Positions 53,675 through 64,000 of a stretch of DNA of 64,000 nucleotides are shown here, one piece after another (position 1 is the stretch's first letter; the number at the start of each line of letters is the position of its first letter). The notes under the pieces are model-generated. The model did not search any database. It was not told where the DNA came from and worked only from the letters and a program-made list of their open reading frames with translations. This stretch comes from Yuukianura sp. NJ FZ-2021 (Eukaryota). The position numbers and the translations under genes were made by a program. The stretch lies in assembly GCA_046563655.1 (NCBI GenBank), contig CM102283.1, forward strand, positions 7,254,001-7,318,000. The letters are read 5' to 3'.

Positions 53675-56600
53675 CTAAAGTATAGCTTCTGTGACCTGTC
53701 TTGACCTTACGATGACCCCAAGTACACTGATGACCAACACAACTGGAACTGGAACAATAGAGAGAGATGCGCCAGTGGGGCAGTGCTCCACTGTGACCTG
53801 ACTGCACTGTTCGGGGTGGTGACCTTGCATTTTGGAACGGAGAACAGTTTCTGCCATTTGACGCACGAATGGAGCCGATCCAGGGTCATCTGCATCACAT
53901 TTGCTATGTGTAATCTGCATTACGCACTGGATGAAACGGAGGCGAATGCTGAAACATAAGATCAAATCCACAATTTCAAAATTAGTCGCTTTTTCTATCA
54001 AACTCCAAAGCCAGACAGTTTTTTAAACAAAGGACTGTCTGGAAACTATTAAATAATAGGTTTTTTTTTTGTTCTAAAGTTTCATAAAACAATTGAAGTG
54101 GAAAATGGAAGTTCGTTAACTAATTCCTTTGTCAAAATTAATTGAAAAGACAAAGAAAACAAAGTGTTGCATAAGACACTACTCAACAGGTAAGTAAACA
54201 ACGTGAAAGTCAAAACCAGAGAAAGCCTTTTGTTACTATGTTTTGGAAATGGTACAAAACAACAAAACTTAAACTAAAACATAGCTTCAATCTACCCTAA
54301 AACTTGTATTGGAGATGCAAGTTATTCTCTACAGTGCCTAAACTGTTGTCGACCTCTGGATTTTTGATGACCTTTCATTCAAAATGTGGGAATTTTGGGA
54401 ATTTCTAAGACGGTTGCCATCACAGCTCAAGAAGAGTGTAGAGACATTTATTTTTCAAAAAATGTTACGAATTTTTAAAAAGTGGTTCAACGGCGCCGAA
54501 GCGGGAAGGCGGACGAAATCTATAAAAGGTAAGAAATTTCTCCATTCCGCGGTCAGTTGCTTTTCAACCTCCGACTAGAACACAACTAGTGCTGTAATTT
54601 CCCTTCCCTCTATCACGGTCATTGACCTCACGATCTCCCCGCCCTCTATTCTTTGTTCTTGAACTACTCAAATGGATTCTCATGCTAAACAGATGGCAGC
54701 ACTCAATTCCAAAATAGACGTTTTGCTAAATACGCCCCACACTCCCGAACAGGTTCGCATTCTCCCTGCAGAGGTCAATGACCTTTGGGTTTTTACATGT
54801 CAATGACCTCCGATGCCTTCATAGTTCAATGACCTTTGGTTTTCTTTTCAGATGAACATTGAAATCCTAGTTGTCTATCGTGCTCTGATGTTGTTAGCGG
54901 GTCTTCCCAACATTCCTGACTCCGGATTGGTTGCCAAGGTGACGATGCTGATCAAACTGGCGAAAAAGTTGAAACTGGAGAATAGACTGAAGCGATTGCT
55001 GGTAGCCATTGAGTTCAAATGGAAGCGAGTTAAAAGTAAGTATTTCAAGTTTAACGATCATTTGTTTTAGTTTGAATTCTAATGAAATTTCTTCGTCTAG
55101 GGTGATTGGAGGTATCAGGTTTGCGATGATGCAAATTCGACAACCCAAAACTGAAATCATCGTTACCCAGCTCCGGGAGTCGTTTAAAAAAGAGCGGCAC
55201 AGACTGCAACATTACACCACGGGTGCACCGTACAGTAAAAAATGTACAAGGTGTCCCGCAATGAGCGCTTCTCACACGCGTCATGGTCGACAACGACAAC
55301 CCAAAACTCTAGCTTTGTGTTCCATGACGCGTTTGAGAAGCATTCATTGCGGGACACCCTGTACATTTTTGCTACAAAACACGCTGTACAAAACCAGAGA
55401 GATTTGGGTTGTCGAATTTGGATCTACGCAACGCTTCGTCTGTGACCAATCAGTGTTCGCTTTGTAACAGACTTGATTCATCCATGTTTTAAATTTCATT
55501 TTCCTGCCGTTAGTCTTGGAGCGTGTAAAAGCCGAATTGAAGAGCCGCGAAGAAAACCGGATTCGTGCTGTTAAGCACAGGCGCCGACGCAGGACGAAAG
55601 TCAAAATTGAAGCTCCGGAGGTCAAAAGTGAACATTCAAAGGTCAACGACATCAAGCCTCGAAAGTTAAGCCTTCCGCTTCCCCTTCGGGAATACTCGTC
55701 CAGTTCAGGAGAAATTGCAGAAATATTTCAGCCAAAGAAAGATGCGGCCATTTGGGAACGAGTTGATTCCGAAGGCCGTTTACACCAGAAGCTGCGTCTT
55801 CTTCGACTGACAAAGAGTAAGGTTAAGGTCAACCGAGGTCAATCTGTAATACCGGAAGTTCTAATTCGAAGAATTCTGTATTAGGCCAATTGACTGAAAT
55901 GGAAGCCGAGTATGTAGCAAGTTCCTTGGAGGAGTCATGTTTCCAGCGATTTGGTTTCGGAGCGGTGGGGAAGTATGGACTCAGGATGACCTCGATTGCT
56001 TTGCGGTTGGAATCCAATCCCCTCATTTGCCGAATTCTTATCAACCCTAATGTGGACTTTGACCAAATTGTTCTAAATCCAGCTCAAGTTAGTTCAAAAT
56101 GAAACAATAAGTTTTAAAAATTAAACTCTCAAACCAGTCTATTTCAATTAATTAGGAATTCAGCCGTCTAATTCTGCAGCCCACTCCAGAGTAGCCACAA
56201 ATCTCTACCACCAGAGGTTCGAAGTGTTTCGTTTTCGTTTTGTGATATCAGTTTATGGTGAGTGGCCTTAATAATGTTAAAGGTGCCATTGACCTGAAAG
56301 GTCATTGACCTCTACAGTCATTGACCTCCAAATATCATTGACTTTTATACAATGTCAATGACCTGTCGTTATTCTAGATCCTGGACCACGACTGATTGCT
56401 TACGTCGCCAGAAGCAGCCTGCGTAGTTTCCCATATTCCAATTCTTGTGATTGACCTCAACTATACAAAGTGCAACTTCAAGTGACCTTAACTTATTTTT
56501 TGTACTAAATCTTTCTATGATCTCGCATGTAAAGCTAAATGAGATTCAATTGTTCCTTATAAAACTTTTAAGATATGAGCAATAAAGACAACACTATTTT

Positions 56601-59600
56601 AAGGTGATGTGTACAAATTTCTTTTCAGATGCTTTTCTGACTTTCACTTTTACAAATGCTCATTTCTTTTTTTCAAAATTCACAAGTCCTCGGACTGAAA
56701 ATCCACATTCATAATTTAAAGTCAGTAGCGAGAAGGGAAGCGGCATCATCATTTGTAAAAACAGAGACAAAGGAAAAGATGCTACGGAATCTCAAAATCC
56801 AGGATTAAGGTTCCAGGAATAATTTTGACAATGACGAAGCGATCGGATTTTGAGCGTCTTTAGTTTCAAGTTGTTCGTAGAATGGCTGAGACAAAGGAGA
56901 TGACTGATGTAAATTCATAATTCACTGGAAAAAAAAATAGAATGAAAAAGAAGAATGCTTGACGAAGGCGAAATCAGGGAAGATGAGCTGGCATTCTTCA
57001 AAGAAATGAAAATGCTACTTAATTGGCAATTAATAACTTTGTAAACTCATCAACGCTCTTTCGCTGGGTTCAACTTTCACTGTGAGCACACTAATGAAAG
57101 AAAAACTGAATTTCCGTAAAAAAAATAATTTTGGAAAATAAATTTCATTTTTTTGAAAATCTATTGTTCAAACAATATGTTTGGCATCGTTGAGATTCAG
57201 TTGGGGTAAATTGTACGTTTTGGCAAAAGCTGGTGCAGAATTTGAATTTTTGCTCTTTCTTTGTTCACTCTTTCCCTTCTCTTCTCATTTGTGAATTTTC
57301 AAAATTCAACTTGATCTAGGGAAGTCTCCAAAATTCTAACATCGAGGTCAATTCCAGCACCAACAGTCAAGCGTTAATCGATTAATCAATTCCTCGTATC
57401 TTCTGTCAAGATGATTGTCAAAGAATAGTAAGTTCAAATTACAAACTTTCGTTAATTAAGTTAAATTAAACTTCATTTCTGATTTTGATTTCTTCCAGCC
57501 GAATTGTTATGCCTTTGACTATGGAAGAGGTGAGACTATAAGTTTGAAACTTTTCTTATTTTAACTAATTTGGAATCGATTTGATAATTGTCAATTTGTA
57601 TTCCATCCAAGTACCAAACTGCTCAACTGTACTCGTGTGCCGTAGCTTCAAAGGAGGAAACGGGTGGTGGTGAAGGTGTCGAAGTCATTCGAAATGAATT
57701 CTTCGAAGACATTCCATTAATGGGTGGGAAGTACCATGAGGGACAGTACACTGAAAAGATCTACCACCTCTCCGGACGAATCCCGAGGTTTATACGTATG
57801 CTGCTACCGGCAGAGTCGTTACAAATCGTTGAACAAGCTTGGAATGCCTATCCCTACTGTAAAACAGTTATCACGGTAAAGTTGTCTAGAACTGCATTTG
57901 AAACAGAAGGTTTGAATGTTGTTTAATTTATTGTTAATTGTTACACAGAATCCTGGGTTCATGAAAGCTGATTTTCAAATCACGATAGAGTCGCTTCACT
58001 TGCCCGGTAGAGGTGACGTTGAGAATGCTCTTAACCTTCCCCCAGAGGTACTTGCTCACAGGGAGGTGATTAATGTGGATATTGCCAATGACGCAATGAC
58101 AGAAGCTGACTACCGTGAAGCTGAAGATCCTACTCGATTTCATTCTAGTCTTACCGGACGAGGACCATTAACTGGCAATTGGATCTCGGAGGTAAAACTG
58201 TTGTCATAAAAGACAGTAACACAGATCAACTCTTGAGTTTTAATCAGCTGTTGTCATCTTTTTCAGACTACCCCGGTGATGACATGTTACAAAGTAGTGT
58301 CAGCAGAGTTCAAATGGTTTGGGTTTCAGAATCGAGTTGAAAATCTAATTCATTCGTCTGAACAGCGACTGTTTACCAGATTTCACAGGTTAGTTACTCT
58401 GTCTACATCGACAGCTTCACTTCACACTCTAAACATCAAAACATGGACGTCATTACCTGCCTTTCTATACACTAAACTTTGGACTGACGTGTGTTTTAGA
58501 CAAATATTTTGCTGGATTGACCGCTGGCATGATCTCACCCTTGATGAAATACGAGAGATAGAGGAACGCAGCCGAGATGAACTCAACGAGGTAAGTAATT
58601 TCGGATCAAAATACTGACCACAGTACAGTGTGGTTTTAGCAAATCGAATTTAAAATTGCCTTCATTTTTGTTTAGGCTCGTCTCAACGGACAAACCAGAG
58701 GAATGCAAATTGAGCAACAACGCTAAAACTAAATACTCATTCAGCATAAAACTTCAACGTACGAGTCCTCCACCACCTCCGTAGTCCGTACACTTACCCA
58801 AATCAGGATTTTTCATTCCGAACTAACTTTGTAGGACTGGAATGCCAGTACAGCCCTAGTATAATACAAATTACAAACTAATTGTCATTTGTTAAATCTA
58901 TTGTTTAACGTTTTCGCTTTTACCTCACAAACAGAATTTCTAAAATGTTCAATTGCGACTTCAATTAGTCGCTTCTGGAATTTCTTTTATGTAACTCATC
59001 ACGTCAGTGCATTTTACGTCAAACGTGTTACGTGGTGTTGTTTACTTCAATTTCTTAAGCAAAGCCAGACGTGGACGCCCAATTACCACAACATTATAAG
59101 CACCACTGGCGGCATATCCATTGAGCCACTGCTGGATTCAGTTAGTTACGACACCATCCACGAATAGCTCTGTTTTTCTGAACATGTTGTAGACTTTTTG
59201 AATTGAGCCATTAGACGCTTAGCCATTATCCCAAGACCAAGCAGCAGGAGCCCATGAAATGTGAGTCCATTCAGCCGAAATTTGTGTTAAGGGTTGAAGT
59301 GGTGAAAGCAGCGCGCTTTGCAGCGATTCTTCGACCTTCCCTTTTGAACTAAAGTCTAACAAAAGCCTAAAGTGAAACCTTTCACAACTTTCTTCTCCTT
59401 AGGCATCACCGAAAGGAAGGATCATCTCCAGTTTTTTCTGGACAAAGTTGGCCAAAGGATTATTACAAAGAAGCCTTTGGCCTTCTTTGAAATCCTGAAA
59501 GGCGGGAGTTTCAAAAGTATTTCCCGCCGTTATGCTAGGTTATGGTTAGGTTGGGCTTATCCCGCCATGTTGTGATTTACACCATCCAAAATCCAATGTA

Positions 59601-60475
59601 ACCGTGAGTTAAAGCTAGCCGCGTTGTCACTGACAGTGCTAGTGGCCTCTGACCCGCCCGTTTTTTCCTGCCAGAAAGAAAGTGGCTCTCGAAAAAGCCT
59701 GTTTCTAAAAAAACTGAACCTAAAAAGCATAAATCTAAAAGAAAAGCCTTTCTTCCAGCATTTCCTTGACAATTGAAAGGAGAAAACGGAGGAGGCGAAG
59801 CGAGCAGTGAACTGAATTCGCAGAATAAGTTTGTGGCCTAGGCTAATTCAATTGACTTTCACTTGGAGATTGCTGGGCTTAATGGCATTTTCCCAGCATC
59901 TTGGCACGGATCTTAATCGATTTGTAATAACTTTACTCACGCCTCCTTTAGTAAGCTATAACGCCTCTGGAAAACCCAGCATCTCAAACGTAAGATCTTC
60001 TAACAAACTTCTAAATTTTGTGTGAATTCTAGGCTGGAAACTAAATTTGTGTTTTTGAAACTTTCAGTTTAAACAGAAAATTTGAGGATTGCTGTCGAGT
60101 ACTCGAGATTTTGGTGTAAGTTGAAATTTTGGAATCATCAATGTGTTATTTTTTGTATCAATTCAATATAAGGTGACATGATTTTTGTAAATTTTTAGTT
60201 ACCAGCAAATTTGTTGATCCGATTCATCTTTGACGTTGATTTCGGGACTTTGAAGAACATCAATGAATTTGGCAGCACATTCGTCCCAGCGTTTGGAAAT
60301 TTTTTGGTAGCATTTGCTATGCTTGAGATACTCAACACGAAAGGCTGGATCTCGACACAAGAAAGTGAACATTTCATTAGCCCCAAGCGTTGACGTGTTG
60401 AACTTCTGAACGTCTTGTTCCTTGATGCACCGCTGAGCCCACTTATAAAAACAGTCCATGCCGGAGTCAAAGTCC
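53675..60475 (-). CDS. Cys-rich, probably cell-surface (TM or GPI) protein resembling DUF19/DUF1397-type arthropod proteins; last two coding exons (60475-60203, 53948-53675); 5' exons not located
   Basis: Exon ending QQIC-TG|gt joins ag|C-ATT-CGC in phase 2 to give ICCIRLRFIQC; regular Cys spacing (MDCFYKWAQRC, FLC, SKCY, DEC); hydrophobic C-terminus VPVPVVLVISVLGVIV. Confidence 0.72.
54616..54835. promoter_or_regulatory. Cluster of four IR1 nuclear-receptor palindromes (EcR/USP-type EcRE)
   Basis: CGGTCAtTGACCT 54616, AGGTCAaTGACCT 54772 (perfect), ATGTCAaTGACCT 54797, AGTTCAaTGACCT 54823. Confidence 0.6.
54672..56102 (+). CDS. Divergent TFIIS-like protein (putative TFIIS N-terminal and central domains, no zinc ribbon; TCEANC2-like layout), about 261 aa. 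Exons: 54672-54752, 54852-55035, 55514-55816, 55885-56102
   Basis: Three GT-AG introns join four segments in frame; DSGLVAKVTMLIKLAKK...LKRLL...KWKR resembles the TFIIS N-terminal helices; VASSLEESCFQRF...KYGLRMTSIALRLESNPLI resembles the TFIIS central domain. Confidence 0.6.
55121..55431. mobile_element. Outer inverted-repeat (MITE-like) element of ~310 bp enclosing the inner MITE
   Basis: 55121-55149 TTGCGATGATGCAAATTCGACAACCCAAA matches the reverse complement of 55403-55431 at 26/29 positions. Confidence 0.55.
55247..55361. mobile_element. Tc1/mariner-type MITE (115 bp) flanked by TA
   Basis: TA-CAAGGTGTCCCGC...GCGGGACACCCTG-TA; arms 55239-55286 and 55322-55369 are 44/48 reverse-complementary. 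Confidence 0.7.
56283..56457. promoter_or_regulatory. Second cluster of 5-6 IR1/EcRE-like palindromes
   Basis: GTGCCAtTGACCT 56283, AGGTCAtTGACCT 56299 (perfect), CAGTCAtTGACCT 56315, ATATCAtTGACTT 56332, ATGTCAaTGACCT 56352, weak copy at 56445. Confidence 0.6.
57411..58726 (+). CDS. PITP: Class I phosphatidylinositol transfer protein (PITP alpha/beta, vibrator/giotto-like). Exons: 57411-57427, 57499-57529, 57612-57875, 57949-58191, 58267-58388, 58500-58590, 58676-58726
   Basis: MIVKEYRIVMPLTMEEYQTAQLY, ETGGGEGVEV, GQYTEKIYH, EQAWNAYPYCKT, TGRGPL, MTCYKVV, FHRQIFCWIDRW; the inositol-binding T/K/E/N/K residues and the class I Cys are present. Confidence 0.96.
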
Positions 60476-63400
60476 CTGGAAAAAGCCAAAAAATTCATAA
60501 AGTTTCAAAAACGTTTTTGAAATTCTTCCAGGAGCAAAGCCCGACCTGCTTTACTTGGCTGACGTCCTTGGAATGCCTGCTGAGTGACTTGAATAATCTT
60601 TATAGACATGGTCTACTGCAGCACACTTTTGGAAAAGTAGCAGCATCGTAGCAGTATGCCAGCATCGCCAGCATCATTGTCTAGCGTCTAACGTCTGAAG
60701 CTTCCGCTGAAGGGCTTAAAAGCCTTTCTTATTAGAAAAACAGTCAAAGTTTTCCTTTCCCACACAACTCTGGACAAGCACTATTAACTTTGTCTCTTTT
60801 TTTAAACGACTCCCGCTTTTCTTTTCTAAACGGCTTCGCTTTTCTTTGTATCGTGGAACGGCAGATGCTGTTCTGGATATTAATTTTTAGAAATCCTGAA
60901 AGACTCTTAGACTTTTCTCCAGCGAGTTCCAGGAAAAGCCGGAGGTTATTCAAGCTCAAATAATTGACCCGCGTTTTTCGTTTCTGGAGTTCCAGGCAGT
61001 TACACTAAAAAGGTGTGGACCAAGACCGGAAAGTTCAAACTTTGAGTTTCCAAAGTTTCTAAGAATTTGAAAACGTCGGAAGGTGACATTGCATAGCAAA
61101 AGTTAACGTGCTGAGGATATCTTCTGTGAGAATTCTCCAGAGACTTTTGTGAATTGTAAAGTTTCTTTCCTTGCCAAACACTTGAAAGTTAAGTTTTAAT
61201 TTAATTTGTTAGAATGGTGACAGGAGAAAGGAGTGGAGATGAAAATCCGGGAGAATCATGTTACAAATTTCATGTTTTACAGTTTCACAGCCCTTTCAGT
61301 GGTTTTCCATGAACATTTTCCACTAAAACTTAAGTGGGTGACTTGATCAAGTTAAGAGGAAAAGTAGAGTGGTTGGTGGTATAAGTTTTCACGAAAGTTC
61401 TGGAAGAAAGTGAATAAAAATAAAATTATGTTCTAATTATGATCTTCACTCTTAAGAGGCACAAAAGAGTAACTTTTAAGTAAAAGTACAGCATGGACCA
61501 AAAATGTTCCACAAAACTTTCGCATGTTGACTTGGAACGCTTCCTACATTAATTATAATCTGCAGTAGTTGAAATGTTAGGAAAGTGGAAGTTACTGCTT
61601 GTACCCAAAAACTTTATGGTCACGGTGTACAACATACTTTTGTTCTTCAAGTATTTCACTCAGAACAAGAAAAGTTTCAGTTGGAATTAAATTAGAAATG
61701 GAGAATGATTACATTTTGTCTCTTTGTTCTTTCTCTTACCGCTTTCTCTTTTCTTCTTCGTTTTTTTTTTAAAAATGTAAAAAATGTGAGTTTGTGCGGC
61801 TTCTGGCAGCTCAACGTTTCTAGAATTATTCTGGAAGTAGAAAAATTAGAAAAGCGAAACCTAGCTAACTTTGTTCTTTAACTAAAACTGAATGTACAAA
61901 GATGTAACAGCAATTGCGAAACAAAAAGTTGAAATGGGAGGATTTGTGGAGATTTATTTGTCATTATTTTGTTTCAATTTAATTAACGACTACGCTAAGC
62001 TTATGGCTACACACAAAGTCAAGCCGAAAAGAAATTGGAAACTTACAAGCCACTTTCAACTTTTTTTTCCCCTTTTAACTGCATTCCGATTTTTTCAGTT
62101 TAAAAACACTTTTGTCTTGCAAAAATTTATCTAAAAGACAAGTAATTCAAATCCAGGATTTACCTTCCGGGTCATCCTTTACTTTGCAAATCCAATTTGA
62201 AAAAAAAAGTTACAAAAATGATACTAAAACGTGTAAGATGAAACCAGAACTTAATTGGGCAGATTGTTGAGACTACAATTTTTTTGATGAAGCTTTTAAC
62301 TTAATTGGCACTTTAAAGCAAACGATCCGACACTGACTTTTGTCAACCCTAGGAGCACACAGCATAACTGTAAACATTAATGTCATTCCATGAATCTATG
62401 GAAATCCATTACTTTTTAGTGCTGCAGTGCTTGAAGTACTGGCAGTACTTGCAGTATACTGAAAGTATGAAGGTTTACAAATTGAAAAGCGATGACACAG
62501 AAACAGAGCCTCTGATTTCCATACAATTGAATTTTAGTAGAGCGTCAAGCAGCGAGGAAATGGCTGTATTTTTCCTTCTACAAACAAAAATTGTAGACAA
62601 ATTCAAATTTCCCACGCTTGTCCATTCCCATTTCCCGCCTCATCTCCTCTCTATCTCTCCACTTTACTCGTCTACTCCATTTGAATAGCTTCTTCTGGAA
62701 CTATCATAGTAGTTGACCTGTGACCTCAGTCAGTTCAATAAATGTGAATGGGGCCATAAGGGCGGTGTATCAATTGAGTACTCCTTCCAGAATAATCTTT
62801 GGATCTTACAGGAGATGACATTGGAAAAGAATAGAGAAATAAAAGTGACTGGAACAGTGGACTTCCAGTCATTCAATTTTATGACAAACCACTGAAAGTA
62901 GAAATGACAAGTCGGCAAAAACTTACTTTTTTACACTGCGTCGTAAAACTCAAAAACGGAAAAAATTGCTTTTGATGAATTTTTTTTCAACGAAAGGATT
63001 TTGCTGTTTTAGTTTCTCTTTGAGAAATTGTAGGGGGAAAACGCTTTTAGTTTGTTTTTGTGACTTTTCTAAGCAACTTCAAACAGAATTTTGAAAAAGA
63101 GTAAAAGCAGGACGAAAAGACTTTGAAAGGAAGAAATTAGCCTCCACAGGTTACAAATTCGCTCAAATTGGCCCAATTCTTGGCCTTGTTGACAAGTCTC
63201 AAACCCAAACAAACAACAAATTATTTACACAAAGAACATACACAAGTGAAAGTAAACACAAAAGATTCATAGAACTTTGACAAACTAAAACGAAATTTGC
63301 AATAAGAAGCCTTTCAACTATTTACTTTTTACACATCGTAGATCAAAACACAACATACTTTTCAATTTTCAATTTCTCAAATTACTTTTTATGAAAAAAA

Positions 63401-64000
63401 TTCTGATTCGTTTATTTTCTCTTCACATTAGTTCAGACTGTGTGGAAAAGAAAACAGTTAAACAAAATTCAACTTTTTTCTGCCAAAAAAAAACTTTTCC
63501 AAAACTTTTTCAAATCGGGTTCAAAATTTGCCGTAACTACAGAGAGGCGTGTCACCAAATTTGGCGAATTGAGATCACCAAGAACCAACCATGACCATTA
63601 TTGGTCAGATTTTTGTATGGCCATGACCATGCCATCCGCCACCACAAATGAAAATTATTTTACACCTACATCATTGCAGATCTCCCAATTTGCAATTTCA
63701 TGATTCACAATTGAGCAAATTCACACCTACGCATTACACATCTCCTTTTTTGCTACTCCATGTTCAATGGTGCTGAATTCCTAAAATGGTAAATGCTACA
63801 AAACTGCTTGGATTTAAACAAATCAGACTTCATTGATTCGCCAATTGTCAGAGAATCAAGAACTGAAAAACAACTCAAGTCAGTGAACAGCATGGTCGTC
63901 AAAGCCAGTGGACAGGCCCTTTCACGCGGCGATCCAAGTAAGAATCCAAAAAAAGTTGAAACTTTCTTTGTTCAAAAAATTAACAATTGTGGCTGTAATT

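Noticed and set aside
55009-55467. Overlapping ORFs on both strands with similar peptides (HCGTPCTF)
   Set aside because: An artefact of the inverted repeat inside an intron
54616-56457. CRISPR-like array suggested by the repeated palindromes
   Set aside because: Repeats are 13-bp degenerate motifs with short or irregular spacing, in a eukaryotic context with no cas genes
59140-59350. About 70 open codons on the minus strand after a TTTAG
   Set aside because: The phase does not match the host-gene donor, and there is no recognisable homology

Overview
Eukaryotic, intron-rich, AT-rich genomic DNA from an animal, very probably an arthropod. This rests on disco-type zinc fingers, an arthropod-type FIP1 motif and IR1/ecdysone-response-like palindromes; the exact taxon cannot be fixed from the sequence. 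Exons were reconstructed by hand from splice sites and reading-frame phase, giving 12 protein-coding genes: SERINC (3' end), a membrane-anchored type-B carboxylesterase, FIP1, MLH3, COX7A, a large basonuclin/disco gene, an orphan single-pass coiled-coil protein, GTF3C5, a 7-exon phosphonopyruvate decarboxylase, and a Cys-rich surface protein whose ~6.3 kb intron holds two antisense nested genes (a TFIIS-like protein with no zinc ribbon and a class I PITP). Two observations stand out. (1) A fully spliced phosphonopyruvate decarboxylase with an apparent mitochondrial presequence suggests host-encoded C-P (phosphonate/AEP) biosynthesis. (2) The nested TFIIS-like gene is bracketed by two dense clusters of AGGTCAnTGACCT (IR1) palindromes and carries nested MITE-like hairpins in an intron. 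All family calls come from motif recognition; no database searches were run.
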